Below are positions 18,638 through 27,658 of a stretch of DNA of 64,000 bases, in pieces. The notes beneath the pieces are model-generated. The model had not been told where the DNA came from. It did not search any database and saw only the letters and a program-made list of their open reading frames with translations. The stretch spans positions 4,239 through 68,238 of the forward strand of contig JAQTUQ010000004.1 in the NCBI GenBank assembly GCA_028707255.1, given 5' to 3'. The translations under genes and the position numbers were made by a program. Positions within the stretch are counted from its first letter, which is position 1. Every line of letters begins with the position of its first letter. The DNA comes from Dehalococcoidales bacterium. GTDB taxonomy: Bacteria > Chloroflexota > Dehalococcoidia > Dehalococcoidales > UBA5627.

Positions 18638-20311
18638 CTACATTTTTTCGGGTGCCGACATTCCCATCAGGCTGAGCGTTTTCTCCAGTACAATACTGGC
18701 GGAAGCAACCAGTTTCAGCCTTGCTTTCGTAATTTCAGCTTCATCTGTTACAACGCGGCACTGCTTGTAGAAACTGTGAAAAATTGTAGCCAGTTCCTGG
18801 GCGTAATAGGTAAGATGGTGCGGTTCCAGGGTGTTGGCTATCATCTCAATTATCTCAGGTAAAAGCAGCATCCTGCGTATTAATGTCAGCTCACATTCAT
18901 CGTTGAGCAGTGAAACGTCCCCGTCTTCATACTTAATACTTTTTTCCTCAGCCAGGCGAAGTATGCTGGAGATACGGGCATAGGCGTACTGAACATAATA
19001 TACGGGATTATCCTGAGACTCTTTCTTTGCCAGTTCCAGGTCGAAGTCCATCTGGCTGTCGGCGGAACGGCACAGGAAAAAGAAACGGCAGGCATCGACG
19101 CCGACTTCATCTATCACTTCTGATAGTGAAATCATATCTCCGCTGCGCTTGGATAATTTAACCAGTTCCCCGCCGCGCTTTAAGGTAATCATCTGTGAAA
19201 TGATAACCTTCAGGCGTTTCGGGTCGATTCCCAATGCACCGACGACGGCTTCCATCCTGGAAACATGCCCCTGGTGGTCGGCGCCCCAGATATCGATAAC
19301 TTTATCGAATTTGCGCTCGATGAACTTGTTGTAATGATAAGCAATGTCGGTGGCGAAATAGGTAGCGGTACCGTCGCTGCGAACGACCACGTTGTCTTTA
19401 TCTTCGCCAAGAGCGGTGGAAACGAACCAGGTAGCAGATTCTTTCTCGGCAATATATCCGCTTTGTTTTAACATCGACATTACCTTGTTGTACTGTCCGT
19501 TACCATAAAGGCTGCTTTCACTGAACCAGTTGTCGTAGCAAACCCGGAGCGATTCGAGAGACTCACGTATCTGTACCAGCATTTTTTCCAATCCGAGTTT
19601 GCCGATTTTACTTTCGGCTTCCTCCCGCGTCGTTTTTAGGAATTTATCACCATGCTCATCGATTAACTCCTTGGCAAGGTCGGTTATATAGAAACCGAAA
19701 TAACCTTCCGCCGGCATTTCCGTGTCGATGCCTAGCGACTGCCGATAACGGGCATACAATGAGCGGTAAAAGGAGGTAATCTGGTTGCCGGAATCGTTGA
19801 TATAGTATTCTTTTTGCACTTTGAATCCGGCGGCGGCCAATACATTTGCCAGCGTGCTGCCCAAGACTGCGCCCCTTCCATGCCCGATATGCAGGGGCCC
19901 GGTAGGATTGGCGCTGACGAATTCTATCTGCACCTGTTTCCCATTTCCATTATCGATATTGCCGTAGGACGTTTCCTGTTTGAGAATGCTATCTATCTGT
20001 TTAGTCAGCCAAGCGGATGACAGTGTAAAGTTTATAAAACCCGGCGGGGCAACGGTAATATCGGCAATTTCTGCGCTTTTAGATATAAAAGAAGCAATAC
20101 TTTTGGCGATACCCAGCGGATTTAAGCCGGTGGAACGGGCAAGCTTCAAAGGGAGGCTGGTAGCGTAATCTCCGTGTTCGGCTTTTTGCGGACGTTCGAT
20201 GGATATATCAGGCAACGGAACAGCCGGCAATTTACCCGATTGTTGCGCTTCTGCTGCTGCCTGTTTAATCGATTCGATAATCCTTTGTTTAACAATTAAA
20301 ATTTCGCTCAA
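18638..20311 (-). CDS. argS: Arginyl-tRNA synthetase
   Basis: 557 aa. [14 protein letters not shown] (HIGH) and a KLSKRSG (KMSKS-like) motif. TTG start with RBS GGGGGAG. Confidence 0.93.
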   Translation of the reverse strand: MSEILIVKQRIIESIKQAAAEAQQSGKLPAVPLPDISIERPQKAEHGDYATSLPLKLARSTGLNPLGIAKSIASFISKSAEIADITVAPPGFINFTLSSAWLTKQIDSILKQETSYGNIDNGNGKQVQIEFVSANPTGPLHIGHGRGAVLGSTLANVLAAAGFKVQKEYYINDSGNQITSFYRSLYARYRQSLGIDTEMPAEGYFGFYITDLAKELIDEHGDKFLKTTREEAESKIGKLGLEKMLVQIRESLESLRVCYDNWFSESSLYGNGQYNKVMSMLKQSGYIAEKESATWFVSTALGEDKDNVVVRSDGTATYFATDIAYHYNKFIERKFDKVIDIWGADHQGHVSRMEAVVGALGIDPKRLKVIISQMITLKRGGELVKLSKRSGDMISLSEVIDEVGVDACRFFFLCRSADSQMDFDLELAKKESQDNPVYYVQYAYARISSILRLAEEKSIKYEDGDVSLLNDECELTLIRRMLLLPEIIEMIANTLEPHHLTYYAQELATIFHSFYKQCRVVTDEAEITKARLKLVASASIVLEKTLSLMGMSAPEKM

Positions 20312-20418
20312 GATCTCCCCCGTTTAAAGCTATATAATGGTGCATTATAACACAACGCACCATTATATAAATAATTACATTAAGTGTTGAAAACTAATTT
20401 GTGTTATGTTCCTTCCTC

Positions 20419-20703
20419 CTATTTTTCGAACAATTCCTCTATTTCTTCCCTGCCGTGCTCCATCTCTTCCTCAAGTTCTTTATCCTGCATCAACAGGAGG
20501 GCCTGAAATTCGCCAACATGTGTTTTTTCTTCCCGGGCAATGTCCAAAAGAACCTTTTTCAGATTTTCGTCATCTGCCAGACTTGCCATTTGTTCATAGA
20601 GGTTAATGGCATCCAGTTCGGCAATAACGGCTGCTCTCAATATTTCCTTATCGATATCTTTCTTGTCTACTTTAGCAAGCTGGATGGGTATTTGTGATAA
20701 CAT
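20419..20703 (-). CDS. Ferritin-like two-helix protein resembling encapsulated ferritin (EncFtn-type half-ferritin)
   Basis: 94 aa. IAELDAINLYEQMA...LKKVLLDIAREEKTHVGEFQALL fits the Glu...ExxH di-iron half-site pattern of EncFtn-like proteins. Acidic C-terminus. Confidence 0.5.
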   Translation of the reverse strand: MLSQIPIQLAKVDKKDIDKEILRAAVIAELDAINLYEQMASLADDENLKKVLLDIAREEKTHVGEFQALLLMQDKELEEEMEHGREEIEELFEK

Positions 20704-20928
20704 TTAAACCTCCGTTAATTATATTTATATCTATATATTAAAGACTTTTCGCATTAAAAACAAATCCTTGTAGTTTATAACATTCTCTACGGGAAGGACG
20801 ACATCTGCACTTATAAGACTGTTTTATGATAAACAATTAATATTATCCCTCATTACCGACCATTACAACAGGTGTATAGATTACATTTTAGTACAGGCAT
20901 ACAGGTTACAATTTTAAAAGGACGGCTC

Positions 20929-20969
20929 AAACCGCTCGTGGTGAGCTTGTCGAATCCATAGCGGTGAGG
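20929..20969. repeat. Module A, inverted orientation
   Basis: AAACCGCTCGTGGTGAGCTTGTCGAATCCATAGCGGTGAGG is the reverse complement of the module A consensus. Confidence 0.85.
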
Positions 20970-21022
20970 AATATCGAATTGAATTGAGATATTTCACTAC
21001 ACTCAGCATGACAAATAAGAAA

Positions 21023-21093
21023 CGTAGGGACGACCATTGGTCGTCCGCATTTATGCTTACGTATTTGGCGGACGGGCATTGCCCGTCCCTACG
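21023..21093. repeat. Module C (GTAGGG...CCCTAC with two internal ATT-loop hairpins), inverted arrangement
   Basis: CGTAGGGACGACCATTGGTCGTCCGC...GGCGGACGGGCATTGCCCGTCCCTACG. Related to the copies at 36852 and 45544. Confidence 0.85.
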
Positions 21094-21110
21094 GGGTTAA
21101 CGATTAAACT

Positions 21111-21278
21111 GTCATTCTGGAAGTCATAAGGGTTGACTGAAGAATCTGGGGAGTGGTGAGAAGCAGCACATTAGGCTGCATCGGCAACAGGGAGCATATT
21201 ATAATAACTACCCCACCCCAGATCCTTCGGTCGTGGAATTTATACTGAGCGAAGCGAATGTACTCTCTTCAGGATGAC
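21111..21278. repeat. Composite palindromic repeat with long spacer
   Basis: GTCATTCTGGAAG...GAAGAATCTGGGG, about 60-nt spacer, then CCCCACCCCAGATCCTTC...TCTTCAGGATGAC. Confidence 0.85.
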
Positions 21279-21306
21279 ATTCAAACGAAGCATCTGAGGA
21301 TTTTTA

Positions 21307-23766
21307 TTAACTTTGTTCACCGATATCCTTTTTTATCCAGACACGTGAAATCTCATTTAACAGTAACTTATGCTCCGCGCTCTCCAGCACCGGGTCTTTT
21401 TCAAAGAGTACGGTTGCCTCGCGGCGTGCCATTTCAAGCAGGGCGGTATCGGAAATCCTGGCCATTCTAAGGTCGGGAATGCCACTCTGTCGCGTGCCGA
21501 AGAACTCACCGGGCCCTCTCAATTTCAGGTCTTCTTCCGCAAGAAGGAAACCATCCTGCACGCCCTCTATTATTTCCAGGCGGTTTCTGGCGATTTCCGA
21601 GGGATTTTCTGCCAGCAACATACAGTAGCTTTGCTCTTTACCTCTTCCCACTCTTCCTCTGAATTGGTGCAATTGCGAAAGCCCGAAACGGTCGGCGCTT
21701 TCAATCAGCATTACAGTGGCATTGGGAATATCGACTCCCACTTCGACAACCGGTGTCGAGACCAGTATATCCAGTTCTCCGCGACGGAAACGTGACATAA
21801 CATCATCTTTATCTGCGGAAGACATGCGCCCGTGCAACAGACCGAGTTTTAAAGACGGAAAAATCTCCGCCGAAAGATACTCGTATTCACCGATGGCAGC
21901 ACGCGCCTGCACAGCTTCGGACTCTTCAATCAGCGGGCAGATAATAAATGCCTGCCTGCCTTCGGCAACCTGTTTACGGATAAAATCATAGGCTTTTTCC
22001 CGCTGCTGCGGTGTCAGCCATTTGGTTTTTATGGTTTGCCTGCCCGGAGGCAACCGGTCTATGACCGACAGGTCGAGGTCTCCGTACAGGGTCAATGCCA
22101 GCGTTCTCGGAATAGGAGTGGCGGTCATTACCAGCATATGCGGGCTAAAGCCTTTCTGCCGTAAAGTAGAGCGCTGCGCAACGCCGAAACGGTGCTGTTC
22201 GTCTACAATCACCAGTCCCAGTGTTTTAAATTCGACATCCTTTTGAATCAGGGCATGCGTGCCGATAATTATATCGACATTCCCCAAAGCAATCGCTTTC
22301 TGCAACTCCTGTTTCTTTTTCCCTTTAATATCTCCAATCAGAAGGGCAACCGTAACAGGTTTCTTTAAAAGGCCGCTGTAAGTATGCAAGTAGTCTTCTT
22401 GTGAAAGCGGCTGCCCGGCCATCGCTAAAAGATTACAAATGCTGGTGAAGTGCTGTTCGGCAAGGATTTCGGTGGGAGCCATAAATGCCCCCTGAAAATC
22501 GTTATCGACTGCTGCTATCAGTGCCGCCATTGCCACCACGGTTTTACCGCTGCCAACCTCTCCCTGTAAAAGCCGCGACATCGGCTCCGGTTTCTTAAGG
22601 TCTTCCAGTATCTCTGAGGTTACTCTTTTTTGAGCGTCGGTAAATTCGAACGGCAAAGTTTTCATCCATCCGTCCAGTAGTGCAATATCTATTTTAAAAG
22701 GATTGGCAGGCTGGCTTACCTGCCAGTAGCGTTTTCTTTTAAGCACTCCCAGTTGCAGCAGAAATAGTTCGTCGAATGCCAGCCTGACCCTGGCCATATC
22801 TTTCAGATCGATGCTGTCCGGGAAATGAGCCTGAGCAATAGCTTGCGGCAAATCCAGTAATTTACAGCGTGTTCTTAATTGTTGGGGCAGGAATTCTGCT
22901 ATTTCGGGCGACCAGCGGTCGATAACCCCTTTCATCATCTTCCTGACAGCGCGCGGATAGAGACCCTTGGTCAAAGGATACAATGGAACCAGCCTTCCGG
23001 TGTGTACCAGTTCTTTGTCTTCCAGGATTTCCCATTCCGGCGATTCGAATACCGGCTGGTCTTTAAAAATGCTTAACCGTCCGCTGAGTACTATCTGCTG
23101 ATTGGCGGAGAGTTGTTTTGCGATATATGGATTATTAAACCATACAACCCTGACGTTTCCGGTTTCATCTCCGACGATGGCTTCGGTACTGCGGCGGTTG
23201 CCAAGCCTGACCTCGCGTACTTGCCAGACGTTGGCGATAATCGTCTCCTCAACGCCTTCACCAAGCTGCGAGATGGTTTTCCGGCGGCTGTAATCGAGAT
23301 GGCGGTGCGGAAAGTAATATAATAAATCCCTGATAGTTGCTGCGCCAAGTTTGTTGAATTTGGCGGCAACAGCGGTGCTGACTCCCTTTATGATGGTTAT
23401 CGGGGCATCGATATCTGTGCCTTGAGTCGTTTTTGGGGTGGATTTTCTTTTAGGTTTGGCAATCGGTTCAGCGGAAGGTTTAACAGCTTTTAAAGGCTTC
23501 TTTACCGGCGGAGCCTCGATTTCACTGACAAATGCCAGTATCTCTTCAATTTTGGCTCTGCGTTGCTCTTTCTCAAGATGAGAATAGCTGCTTTTATCCA
23601 GTTGCAGTTGTCTGAATTTTTTTAATACCGACGGTTTATTAATTGTTGCTTCGGTTTTGGCTGCCCAGCGGGACAGGAACTTATCCAGACCACCGAAAAC
23701 GGCGGTATCGGTAAATTCTTTTTGACGCTCAAGCTCCAGAACCTTACGTAACGGTGTTGAGTCCAT
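21307..23766 (-). CDS. recG: ATP-dependent DNA helicase RecG with about 125-aa N-terminal extension
   Basis: 819 aa. GEVGSGKTVVA, DEQHRFGV, TATPIPRTL and QFRGRVGRG helicase motifs. Lys/Pro-rich linker (PPVKKPLKAVKPSAEPIAKPKRK) lies ahead of the wedge domain. Confidence 0.92.
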   Translation of the reverse strand: MDSTPLRKVLELERQKEFTDTAVFGGLDKFLSRWAAKTEATINKPSVLKKFRQLQLDKSSYSHLEKEQRRAKIEEILAFVSEIEAPPVKKPLKAVKPSAEPIAKPKRKSTPKTTQGTDIDAPITIIKGVSTAVAAKFNKLGAATIRDLLYYFPHRHLDYSRRKTISQLGEGVEETIIANVWQVREVRLGNRRSTEAIVGDETGNVRVVWFNNPYIAKQLSANQQIVLSGRLSIFKDQPVFESPEWEILEDKELVHTGRLVPLYPLTKGLYPRAVRKMMKGVIDRWSPEIAEFLPQQLRTRCKLLDLPQAIAQAHFPDSIDLKDMARVRLAFDELFLLQLGVLKRKRYWQVSQPANPFKIDIALLDGWMKTLPFEFTDAQKRVTSEILEDLKKPEPMSRLLQGEVGSGKTVVAMAALIAAVDNDFQGAFMAPTEILAEQHFTSICNLLAMAGQPLSQEDYLHTYSGLLKKPVTVALLIGDIKGKKKQELQKAIALGNVDIIIGTHALIQKDVEFKTLGLVIVDEQHRFGVAQRSTLRQKGFSPHMLVMTATPIPRTLALTLYGDLDLSVIDRLPPGRQTIKTKWLTPQQREKAYDFIRKQVAEGRQAFIICPLIEESEAVQARAAIGEYEYLSAEIFPSLKLGLLHGRMSSADKDDVMSRFRRGELDILVSTPVVEVGVDIPNATVMLIESADRFGLSQLHQFRGRVGRGKEQSYCMLLAENPSEIARNRLEIIEGVQDGFLLAEEDLKLRGPGEFFGTRQSGIPDLRMARISDTALLEMARREATVLFEKDPVLESAEHKLLLNEISRVWIKKDIGEQS

Positions 23767-23811
23767 CAGCAGGCTCCTGTGTCGGTGTTTGAAGCATTAT
23801 TTTATGCCGGG

Positions 23812-24750
23812 CTAAAGTGTAGCGAATCTCAATTTAGGCAGGCGCATCGAAGGCAGAGACGGCAGTGATAAAATCTTTTTCTTTTCTTCTTCACCTGTTT
23901 GCGTTAAGTCACTGATTTTTTCTCTTAAAGCCAGTACCAATGTTCCGGGGCCGCCATGAACACCAAGCGCCGGCCCCAATCTCGATATATAAATATTACT
24001 CTTATCGAATATTGTGCCGATGCGGTCTTTGAGTGATTGCGCATCATCAGGAGTTGTACTGTGAACGATAGCGATATCCTGGATATTCAGACAGTTTTTT
24101 GCATGTTCGAAGAGCTTGTCTATTCCCTTACTTCGGCTGCGTGCCAAACCGGTCGGCTGTAATTCTCCGTCAGACATGGTTAACATCGGCTTTACATGCA
24201 GCATTCCGCCCAGCAGGGCTTTAGCTTTGCCGATACGTCCGCCGATCAATACATATTTCAGGGTATCGAATATTCCCCATAAGTGAGTCCTCGGGATGGA
24301 AGCTCTAATCTCCTCCAGTATTACCGTCAAATCCTCACCTGCCTTAGCCAATCGGGCGGCTGCCAGTGTCATCAACCCCAATCCCATAGAGGTCGACATG
24401 GAATCGATTACTTCAATACGTTTTCCTGCGCCTATCATTTCCTTTGCCTGTACCGCAGAGTTGTAGATACCGCTCAGTTTACCGGTAACCTGCAGGGAAA
24501 CAATTTCATCCGCTTCCTCTAGCAGCTTTTTATATACGGTTATAAAATCCGCCGGCGGTGGCTGAGATGTCTTTACAACGATATTATCGCTCACCATTTT
24601 CTGGTAGACTTCGTCCTGGTTAATATCGACTCCGTCGCGGTATGTTTTTCCGCCGAATTGGACATAAGCGGGAACGATGGTAATCCCGTATTCATGAATT
24701 AGTTCCTGCGGGAGATCGGATGTGCTATCCGTGACAATTTTAACTGTCAT
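23812..24750 (-). CDS. DegV family fatty-acid-binding protein (FakB-like) with C-terminal tail
   Basis: MTVKIVTDSTSDLP... DegV N-terminus. I chose the ATG at 24750 (RBS AAGGAGAAAA) rather than the ORF-track start at 24834, which overlaps the upstream gene. Confidence 0.85.
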   Translation of the reverse strand: MTVKIVTDSTSDLPQELIHEYGITIVPAYVQFGGKTYRDGVDINQDEVYQKMVSDNIVVKTSQPPPADFITVYKKLLEEADEIVSLQVTGKLSGIYNSAVQAKEMIGAGKRIEVIDSMSTSMGLGLMTLAAARLAKAGEDLTVILEEIRASIPRTHLWGIFDTLKYVLIGGRIGKAKALLGGMLHVKPMLTMSDGELQPTGLARSRSKGIDKLFEHAKNCLNIQDIAIVHSTTPDDAQSLKDRIGTIFDKSNIYISRLGPALGVHGGPGTLVLALREKISDLTQTGEEEKKKILSLPSLPSMRLPKLRFATL

Positions 24751-24767
24751 AATTTTCTCCTTATTTA

Positions 24768-25607
24768 TCAGGGCTTTTGCATTATAGATACCGCAACCGC
24801 TCCCGGACCCGAATATGTACCAACTACCGGACATACAATGGATTTATAAATATTTTCCCGTGGAATCATAGGGCTTATACGTTCGATAAGCATTTCAGCA
24901 TCTTCGGGAGTAGTGCAATACTCTACTCCGACACTTTCTATATTTTCAGTGGTTGCCACTGCATTGTATAAATAATCGATACCGGCTGCTTTAGACCTTA
25001 CTCTTGTCAGGGGAGCCATTTCTCCGTCTTTTATAGTCAGTATTGGTTTAACCGAAAGCAGCGAACCGACAAGACCCTGCGCCTTTCCGACGCGTCCTCC
25101 CTTAGCGAGATACTTGAGAGTATCGAAATAAGCCACCAGTTGAGAATTCTCTAACCTGGCTTTTACTCCGGTTGCTATTTCGTCAAGTCCCGCACCGGCA
25201 TTAGCCATTTTGGCTGCCGCTATAACTGCCAGCCCGAAGCTCATGACTATCTTTTGAGAATCTATAATTTCTATACGGCAATCCGTATCCACCATATTTT
25301 TGGCATTTATTGCCGATGAATAGGTACCGCTGAGCTTGCTGGATAGAGTAACGACCAGGATTTCATCGGTTTCTGCCGCCAGTTTTTTATAAGCGTTGGC
25401 GAAGGTTAACGGAGGCGGTTGTGTGGTGGTAGGAAGAGTGTTTTCCTTAACCAATCTCTTATAGAACTGTTCGGCAGTGATTTCTACCCTGTCAAGATAT
25501 GACTGGTGCCCGAATGATACGGTTAAAGGAATGAGGGTGATTCCCAGTTCACCGGCTATATCATCGGGAATGTCGGATAGAGTATCCGTGACAATCTTTA
25601 CTGTCAT
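24768..25607 (-). CDS. DegV family fatty-acid-binding protein (FakB-like)
   Basis: 279 aa. MTVKIVTDTLSDIP and a GTYSGPGAV C-terminal pattern. Confidence 0.88.
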   Translation of the reverse strand: MTVKIVTDTLSDIPDDIAGELGITLIPLTVSFGHQSYLDRVEITAEQFYKRLVKENTLPTTTQPPPLTFANAYKKLAAETDEILVVTLSSKLSGTYSSAINAKNMVDTDCRIEIIDSQKIVMSFGLAVIAAAKMANAGAGLDEIATGVKARLENSQLVAYFDTLKYLAKGGRVGKAQGLVGSLLSVKPILTIKDGEMAPLTRVRSKAAGIDYLYNAVATTENIESVGVEYCTTPEDAEMLIERISPMIPRENIYKSIVCPVVGTYSGPGAVAVSIMQKP

Positions 25608-25629
25608 TAATGTGGTACTCCTTTTCCGA

Positions 25630-27276
25630 TTATTCTACTGATACAATATAATTATAGTGTGGTTGTCCGCCTTTAACTACTTCTACCTGCAGATGCGGGT
25701 ATTTCTCCCTGATTTCATTACCACATGTTTCTGCTTCTGCTTCTTCGGAGTCTTCTCCGTAATAAACCGTAACTATTTCAGCTTTATCCAGACCGGCTTT
25801 TTCAAGAACCTCATCCAAAACATCTTTAGCTGTATCCTGAACAGCGACGATGGTTCCGTTAAGAAGACCGATAGCCTGTTTCTTCTTGATATCCAGTCCG
25901 CCGATTTTACAGGAACGTACCGAATGTGTTATCTCGATAGATTTTACGGATTTAATGGCTTCTGTCATAATTTCACTGTTTGTTTCCATGTCCGCCTCGT
26001 AATCGAAGGCAAGCAATGCCGCTACTCCCTGCGGAACATTTACAGTGGGAATCACACAGATACTCTTTTTCGTTAATGCCTGAACCTGCCGTGCAGCCAT
26101 GATAATATTCTTGTTATTGGGGAGAATGATAACCTTATCGGAAGGAGCGCGTTCCACTCCCATGAGGATATCCTTGGTGCTCGGATTCATTGTTTGTCCA
26201 CCGGCAACAACGGCGGCTACTCCGAGGCTGGCAAAAACCTCTGCCAATCCCTCTCCGGCAACGACGGCAACGATAGCTGTATTTACAGGGACAGACCGGT
26301 TTTTTTGCTTTTCGAGGTAGTCCTGGTGCTGTTCATCCATATTTCTGGCGCTAACGTTGTGGATAGTTCCCATAGCGGTAGCATAGCTGAAGATTTCACC
26401 GGGGTCTAATGTATGAATGTGTACGCGAATTGTCGATTCATCGCCGACAACTATCAGCGATTGCCCTCTCTTTAACAGATGCTTCCTTATCTTTTCGGGG
26501 TCGAGCTCTTTGCCTTTTAGCAGGAACTCAGTACAATAACCGAAGGGGATTTCCTCCTCATCTTCCGTTTTGGCATGTGATACGATGGTTACCGGTGTTG
26601 TGGAAACATTGCTGGCGATTATTTGCGGTTTTCTGAATTGCATGAGTTCCGATTCTCCGCGCAGGTAGCGCAGAGCGCCGTCCAGTATAGTATAAAGCCC
26701 CTGTCCCCCGGAATCGACAACTCCAGCTTCTCTCAGTACAGGGAGAAGTGTGGGAGTATTAGCCACCGATTCACTGGCGGTGGCTACAGTAGCTTCCAAA
26801 ACTGAAAGAAAGTCGCTGTTTCCGTTGGCAGCCGTTAACGCGGCCGATTTCGAGGCATCCTTTAAAACAGTGAGTATAGTGCCTTCTACCGGATTGCTTA
26901 CGCCTTTATATGCGACAACCGATGCCTGTTCAAGCGCGGTTGCAAAATCCTTTCCGTTGATAGTTTCTTTATTTTCCAAACCATGTGCAAGTCCTGTCCA
27001 GAACTGTGATAGGATAACACCGCTGTTGCCGCGGGCTCCCATTAAAGCACCGTTCGCCATAGATTGCGCAACAGAAGATGCATTGTCGTTTGCATTTTGA
27101 AAACCATGTTCGATTGTAGATTTCATCGTGAGTAACATATTCGTTCCCGTATCGCCATCCGGAACGGGGAATACATTGAGTGCATCTATATCTGCAGCGC
27201 TTTTTTCCAGCCAGTCGGTAGCTGCGGAGAACATTTCGAGGAATTTCTGTCCGCCGATAGTATCCGTTTGCTTCAT
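25630..27276 (-). CDS. DAK2-domain protein YloV/FakA-like (fatty acid kinase catalytic subunit)
   Basis: VPDGDTGTNM DAK2 motif, about 548 aa from the ATG at 27276 (the ORF track extends to 27336). Divergent from rpmB, as in Firmicutes. Confidence 0.82.
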   Translation of the reverse strand: MKQTDTIGGQKFLEMFSAATDWLEKSAADIDALNVFPVPDGDTGTNMLLTMKSTIEHGFQNANDNASSVAQSMANGALMGARGNSGVILSQFWTGLAHGLENKETINGKDFATALEQASVVAYKGVSNPVEGTILTVLKDASKSAALTAANGNSDFLSVLEATVATASESVANTPTLLPVLREAGVVDSGGQGLYTILDGALRYLRGESELMQFRKPQIIASNVSTTPVTIVSHAKTEDEEEIPFGYCTEFLLKGKELDPEKIRKHLLKRGQSLIVVGDESTIRVHIHTLDPGEIFSYATAMGTIHNVSARNMDEQHQDYLEKQKNRSVPVNTAIVAVVAGEGLAEVFASLGVAAVVAGGQTMNPSTKDILMGVERAPSDKVIILPNNKNIIMAARQVQALTKKSICVIPTVNVPQGVAALLAFDYEADMETNSEIMTEAIKSVKSIEITHSVRSCKIGGLDIKKKQAIGLLNGTIVAVQDTAKDVLDEVLEKAGLDKAEIVTVYYGEDSEEAEAETCGNEIREKYPHLQVEVVKGGQPHYNYIVSVE

Positions 27277-27407
27277 GTCTTTGTACCACCATCCTTGTAA
27301 AGGTGCAGTTTGAATTATTCTTGTCAGGTTGTGCAATTTATGCTAATATAGCAGAACGAATTGTACAACAATTCCTTATAGACAGTCAAAGGAGATTAAC
27401 CGGTTAA

Positions 27408-27599
27408 ATGAAGTGTGACTTATGCGATAAATCGATGTTATTCGGTAACAATGTCAGCCATTCCAAAAGACGTACCAGGAAGCAATCGATGCCTAATATC
27501 CATACAATCAGGGCAGAGGTTGACGGCAAGGCAATGCGTGTGCATATTTGCACCAGATGCCTGCGTACTCAAAACAAGTTAGCCCGGTCTGCCGAATAG
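27408..27599 (+). CDS. rpmB: 50S ribosomal protein L28
   Basis: MKCDLCDKSMLFGNNVSHSKRRTRKQSMPNIH... Confidence 0.9.
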   Translation: MKCDLCDKSMLFGNNVSHSKRRTRKQSMPNIHTIRAEVDGKAMRVHICTRCLRTQNKLARSAE

Positions 27600-27619
27600 C
27601 ACGGATTGACTGATAATTA

Positions 27620-27658
27620 ATAGCCTGTAATCGTTACGAATTGCAGGCTATTTCTTTT
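27620..27658. terminator. Hairpin between convergent rpmB and argH (possible bidirectional terminator)
   Basis: ATAGCCTGTAAT-7 nt-AATTGCAGGCTAT (one G-T pair) followed by TTTCTTTT. The argH stop codon lies in the loop. Confidence 0.6.

Noticed and set aside
20419-20703. Encapsulin nanocompartment operon
   Set aside because: Only the ferritin-like cargo-type gene is present. No HK97-fold shell-sized ORF is adjacent, so an operon cannot be claimed from this window.
20929-21283. Possible CRISPR array, given the many short palindromic repeats
   Set aside because: The repeats are of several different types, irregularly spaced and in mixed orientation, and are dispersed over the window. There is no uniform repeat-spacer periodicity and no cas genes.
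23812-24834. Longer 340-aa version of the second DegV gene, and the 568-aa version of the DAK2 gene (to 27336)
   Set aside because: The extended N-termini overlap the upstream gene or lack an RBS. Internal ATGs at 24750 and 27276 give canonical family N-termini and have Shine-Dalgarno sequences.
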